From the NCBI RefSeq assembly GCF_001457595.1, contig NZ_LN831039.1, positions 4,320,001-4,352,000 of the forward strand: a stretch of DNA of 32,000 bases, written 5' to 3'. The stretch comes from Mycolicibacterium smegmatis (GTDB lineage: Bacteria > Actinomycetota > Actinomycetes > Mycobacteriales > Mycobacteriaceae). The translations under genes and the position numbers were made by a program. The notes beneath the pieces were generated by a model that ran no database searches, was not told the DNA's origin, and worked only from the letters and a program-made list of their open reading frames with translations. How positions within the stretch are numbered: the stretch's first letter is position 1; the number at the start of each line of letters is the position of its first letter. Positions 22,053-32,000 of the stretch are shown one piece after another.

Positions 22053-23917
22053 CCCGTAACACGAATAGGAGCATCAAGCCATCCACGGTTGCGATCGCGA
22101 CACCGTCCGATCCGAGCGGCGCGGCGCGCCGCGCGATGTCGGTGGGGTTCCCTAACGTCATCGCCATGAGCCAGCGCAGCACCGCCGTCGGCGCGCAGCT
22201 CTCGCTGGACATGGAGCTGGAAAGAGATGTGTCCCTGGCGGACACCACGTTCGTCGTCGTCGACCTCGAGACCACCGGCGGGCGCGCCAAGGCCACCGCA
22301 CCGGGCGGCCTGTGCGACGCCATCACCGAGATCGGCGCGGTCAAGGTCCGCGGCGGTGAGGTGCTCGGCGAGCTCGCGACGCTCGTCGACCCGGGCCGCG
22401 CCATCCCGCCGCAGATCGTCGAGCTCACCGGGATCACCACGGCGATGGTGCGCGACGCGCCGCGCATCGATGCCGTGCTGCCGATGTTCCTGGAGTTCGC
22501 GCGCGGCGCGGTGCTCGTGGCGCACAACGCGGGATTCGACATCGGCTTCCTGCGCGCGGCAGCCGAACGCACGCAGCTCACCTGGCCGCGCCCGCCCGTG
22601 CTGTGCACCGTGAAGCTCGCGCGCCGTGTGCTCACGCGTGACGAGGCACCCAGCGTGCGGCTGTCCGAACTCGCGCGGCTGTTCGGTGCGTCGACCACGC
22701 CGACGCACCGCGCGCTCGACGACGCGCGGGCCACGGTCGACGTGCTGCACGGGCTCATCGAGCGTGTCGGCAACCAGGGTGTGCACACGCTGGCCGATCT
22801 GCGGGCGTACCTGCCCGACACCACCCCCGCGCAGCGGCGCAACCGCGCACTGGCCGACGGCCTGCCGAACCGGCCGGGGGTGTACCTGTTCCGCGGCCCG
22901 TCCGACGAGGTGCTCTACGTCGGCACCGCGGTCGATCTGCGTCGCCGGGTCCGGCAGTACTTCACCGGGGCCGACCCGCGGGCCCGCATGAAGGAGATGG
23001 CCTCACTGGCCACCCGCGTCGACCACGTCGAGTGCGCGCACGATCTGGAGGCCGGGGTGCGCGAGCTGCGCCTGCTCGCCGCGCACGCCCCGCCGTACAA
23101 CCGTCGCTCCAAGGCGCCCAAGCGCTGGTGGTGGGTGGCCTTGACCGACGAGCCGTTCCCCCGGCTGTCGGCGGTTCGAGATCCCAGGCACCGCAAGGCC
23201 ATCGGACCGTTCTCGGCGCGATCCGACGCCGTCGAGACCGCGGATCTGCTGGCACGGTTCACCGGTGTGCGCACGTGTACGTCTCGATTCGGCGCGACGG
23301 GGATCCACCGCTGCCCGGAACGCGAGCTGTCACCGTGCCCGGCCACGCAGGGCGCAGGCGCCGACGAGTACGCCGCGGCCGCGCGGCGCGCCGCTGATCT
23401 GATCGACGGCGCGGACAGCGCCGTGCTGGCCGACGTGCTGATGCACATCGAGCAGCTCGCGGCCGACAGCCGCTACGAGAAGGCCGCACGGGTCCGCGAC
23501 CACGCCGCGGTGGCGATCGACACGTTGTGGCGCGGCCAGCGCCTGCAGACGCTCACGTCGCTTCCCGAACTGGTCGCCGCCCGTCGTGACGGCAACGGCG
23601 GCTGGCATTTCGCGGTCGTGCGGTACGGGCAGCTCGCAGGCGCAGGCACCGCACGCCGCGGGGTGCCGCCCATGCCGGTCGTCGACGCGATCTGCGCGGC
23701 GGCCCAGGTGGTCATGCCGACCGCGGAGCCGCTGGGCGGGGCGCTCGTCGAGGAGACCGCGCTCATCGCGCGCTGGCTGGCCGCACCCGACGTCCGCATC
23801 GTGCGGACCGTCAGCCAGACCGACGCGGGCTGGGCGACGCCGATCGGCGCGGCAGGCCGCTACGCACAGTGGGCCGCCACGGCCCGTTCGGCACGGCTGG
23901 CAGCGCAGCAGGACCGC

Positions 23918-29422
<5,505 letters not shown>

Positions 29423-29437
29423 TCGCCGAGTTACTCG

Positions 29438-29480
29438 GATCGCCGCAATTCCTCTTCGGAGGGGTTGCGGCGATCTTTTT
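29438..29480 (+). terminator. Strong intrinsic (rho-independent-type) terminator downstream of qcrB
   Basis: GATCGCCGCAATTCCTC-TTCG-GAGGGGTTGCGGCGATC followed by TTTTT: 17 paired positions (15 Watson-Crick, 2 wobble) closed by a cUUCGg tetraloop. Confidence 0.93.
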
Positions 29481-29543
29481 ATGTGCGCTCTCCTGTGCGC
29501 CACTCCCCTACCCCACCGGATCTCGGCCGTGCGCGCTCCGTCC

Positions 29544-29816
29544 GCGTTCGTAACGCCACGGCGCTCCCGAACGCGATTCTCCGCCACTGCGTTACAAACG
29601 GCGAGCGACCGCTCGGCACGCCGGGCACCCAAACCCCCACACCCACCGCGTTCGTAACGCCACGGCGCTCCCGAACGCGATTCTCCGCCACTGCGTTACA
29701 AACGGCGAGCGACCACTGGGCACGCCGGGCACCCAAACCCCCACACCCACCGCGTTCGTAACGCCACGGCGCTCCCGAACGCGATTCTCCGCCACTGCGT
29801 TACGAACGGCGAGCGG
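29544..29816. repeat. Tandem repeat, 104-bp period, about 2.6 copies, each with a long inverted repeat
   Basis: Copies begin at 29544, 29648 and 29752 (GCGTTCGTAACGCCACGGCGCTCCCGAACGCGATTCTCCGCCACTGCGTTAC[A/G]AACGGCGAGCG...). Confidence 0.96.
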
Positions 29817-30000
29817 GCGCCAGACACACAGGCATATGCCGGGTGGCAGGCACACATACGAACACACGTGCACCCTCAGACACCACGGGCGTGCGCCAAA
29901 TGCCCACCCCGAGCGGCGTGTCGCGGAGCTGACACGCACGCTCGCGGTGCAAATGGCCGCCCGCCCGCCAGCCCGAACTGCAACCGCGGAACGCGAGAAG

Positions 30001-30564
30001 CTAGGCGGCAGAGCGGTCGAGCTCGCGGATGGCGATGATGGGCAGTGCGATCATGCCGAGGGTCACCAGGCCGGCCAGGCCGTAGGCGCACCACGCCGCC
30101 GTGCTGTGATCGGTGGCCAGCAGATAGGTGCCGAGGCCGATGACCGCGGTGGCCACGCCCAGCGCACAGGTCACCGACAGCACGAAGCGCAGCCACACCT
30201 TCTCCACGAACGCGGTGGCCACGGCATCCTGCCGATAGGTCGGCGCGGTGTAGCCGACACGTCGCGGCGCGACGGGCTCACGGCGGGGCCCCTGGCTGCG
30301 GGCGGGCGGGCGGCTGTCGGCCTGGGCCCGCGCACGCAGCAGCAGTGGGATCGCCGCGGCGATCACCAACACCGAGATCCCGATGACGGTGTACAGCAGC
30401 CACGGCGTCTCGGTGGATTCCACGGCCTGTGTGTGGCCACGGCCGAGGTCGACGAGGGCCACCAGCGCCGCCACACCCGCTCCGAGCGCGGCCAGCCACG
30501 CGACCGCGCAGGCTCCGGCCAGGATGCGGTCGGTGGTGTTCAGTTCGGCGAACGGGCTCGTCAT
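30001..30564 (-). CDS. Conserved transmembrane protein (Rv2197c-like)
   Basis: Four hydrophobic segments, ends LPIIAIRELDRSAA; start overlaps the mmpS3 stop by 1 nt (TGATG). Confidence 0.85.
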   Translation of the reverse strand: MTSPFAELNTTDRILAGACAVAWLAALGAGVAALVALVDLGRGHTQAVESTETPWLLYTVIGISVLVIAAAIPLLLRARAQADSRPPARSQGPRREPVAPRRVGYTAPTYRQDAVATAFVEKVWLRFVLSVTCALGVATAVIGLGTYLLATDHSTAAWCAYGLAGLVTLGMIALPIIAIRELDRSAA

Positions 30565-31457
30565 CAGCAGGCAGTCTGCGCCGAGTTGTTGGCGTTGGAG
30601 GACAGCACGGTTCCGTCACTCGCGGTGATCGAGCAGTTCAGCCGGCTCACCAAAAACAGGCTGGAGGCCTCGACCGATCCGACATCCGAGTTGGAGATGG
30701 GCGTCATCGTGAAAGTCCATGGGATGTACACATTGCGCAGCGTACGGCGGTTACCGTTGCCATCCACGTAGGTGATGGTGATGATGTCGCCCGGCGCCTT
30801 CGTACCGGTCACCGAGTAGGTGACCTGTCGCGGACCGGCCGGCGGCGTGGTCGTCGTGGCCGGCGGCGCGGTGGTGGTCGCGGGAGGCGGCGCGGGTTCC
30901 TCCGAACTCGGCGGCGGCGCGGGGGCCGGCGGCGGCTCGGTGATCGTCACGGTCTCGGGCGGAGGCGGCGGTGGCGCCTCCTCTGACGGCGGAGGCGGCG
31001 GTGGCGGCTCGACCGGCGGCGGTGTGGTGGTGGTGATCTCGTCCTGCACCGGCGGCGCCGACGACGTCGTCGTGCTGGGCCGCGGCGTGGCCAGGTTGCT
31101 GGTCTGGTCGTCACGCGCGACGAGAAGCGCTACCGACGCCACGAGTGCGATGGCCGCGATGATGGCGGTGACACCGACCACCCACGGCCAGCGCGGCGGC
31201 GGACCCTCGACCAGCTCGGAGGCCGGGTCGTAGTTGTCGTAGTCATAGAGCGCCACGTCGGCAGGCACGTAGGGACCAGCGGTGTACTGTTCGGCCTCCG
31301 GCGCGGAGTACGCCTGGGAGTAGAACTCGGTCTCACCGGTCTCCGGGTCGGTACCGGACACCTGGGTGGGTTCCTCAGGTACAGCGTGCTTTCCGGGTGT
31401 CTGATCCGGCAGATCCGAACCATTTGCATCCGGTTCCGTGGGATTCGGCCCGCTCAT
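30564..31457 (-). CDS. mmpS3: MmpS3-type membrane protein with proline-rich linker and C-terminal MmpS domain
   Basis: TM segment after [27 protein letters not shown], long Pro/Thr-rich linker, C-terminal [44 protein letters not shown]. Confidence 0.9.
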   Translation of the reverse strand: MSGPNPTEPDANGSDLPDQTPGKHAVPEEPTQVSGTDPETGETEFYSQAYSAPEAEQYTAGPYVPADVALYDYDNYDPASELVEGPPPRWPWVVGVTAIIAAIALVASVALLVARDDQTSNLATPRPSTTTSSAPPVQDEITTTTPPPVEPPPPPPPSEEAPPPPPPETVTITEPPPAPAPPPSSEEPAPPPATTTAPPATTTTPPAGPRQVTYSVTGTKAPGDIITITYVDGNGNRRTLRNVYIPWTFTMTPISNSDVGSVEASSLFLVSRLNCSITASDGTVLSSNANNSAQTAC

Positions 31458-31545
31458 CTACGCCTATCCTTCTCGACTGCTTCACCGCCACCTGCGTCGG
31501 CCTCGGACCGCACACATTCGGCAGTGCCCCGGCAACATTACCCAA

Positions 31546-31576
31546 CCGGCACCGCCGATGAGATCGACGGTGCCGG
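31546..31576 (-). terminator. Hairpin downstream of ctaF, no U-tract
   Basis: Perfect 9-bp stem CCGGCACCG-N13-CGGTGCCGG located 57 nt past the ctaF stop. Confidence 0.5.
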
Positions 31577-31632
31577 GTGTCGAGTGATTCGACGTCTTGA
31601 TTGTGACCTTGACCAGGCGGTAAGGCGAGGAC

Positions 31633-32000
<368 letters not shown>

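Larger units (their letters stand above)
20683..22080 (+). mobile_element. IS110-family insertion sequence (ends approximate)
   Basis: Contains an intact IS110-type transposase with about 170 nt upstream non-coding DNA and a short downstream end. Boundaries are estimated; a possible subterminal pair CTTGAT (20685-20690) / ATCAAG (22073-22078) was seen. Confidence 0.7.

Noticed and set aside
30820-31233. Gly/Val-rich plus-strand ORF with apparent repeats opposite mmpS3
   Set aside because: Simply the antisense of the MmpS3 proline/threonine-rich linker.

Overview
This 32 kb window is GC-rich mycobacterial chromosome. It is largely collinear with the M. tuberculosis Rv2166c-Rv2199c region and probably comes from a fast-growing species such as Mycolicibacterium smegmatis; the species call is inference. 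Left to right it contains: the 5' end of mraZ, a DUF3040-like protein, a GNAT acetyltransferase, lppM, an idsA2-like polyprenyl synthetase, mptA, an Rv2175c homologue, pknL, aroG, Rv2179c and Rv2180c homologues, an mptC-like mannosyltransferase, an acyltransferase cluster (Rv2182c-Rv2186c homologues), fadD15, pimB', a HExxH protein, ripC, a small Cys-rich protein, one IS110-family element, a DnaQ/GIY-YIG fusion protein, trpD, ctaE-qcrCAB, an Rv2197c homologue, mmpS3 and part of ctaF. Most of the window is ordinary core genome. The most notable non-routine signals are: (1) 10-bp-phased GTGGG boxes upstream of mraZ, with two further clusters; (2) a 104-bp tandem repeat (about 2.6 copies) of a complex hairpin downstream of a near-ideal qcrB terminator; (3) an apparently intact IS110-family transposase with an HTH-like C-terminal extension and an upstream non-coding segment that could encode a bridge RNA; (4) a perfect 24-bp hairpin-bearing duplication at the mptA/Rv2175c convergent junction, and compact hairpins at several other convergent junctions; (5) a 126-bp convergent coding overlap between the UvrC-like gene and trpD. 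I found no clear evidence for a completely new multi-gene system, CRISPR array, tRNA or rRNA.
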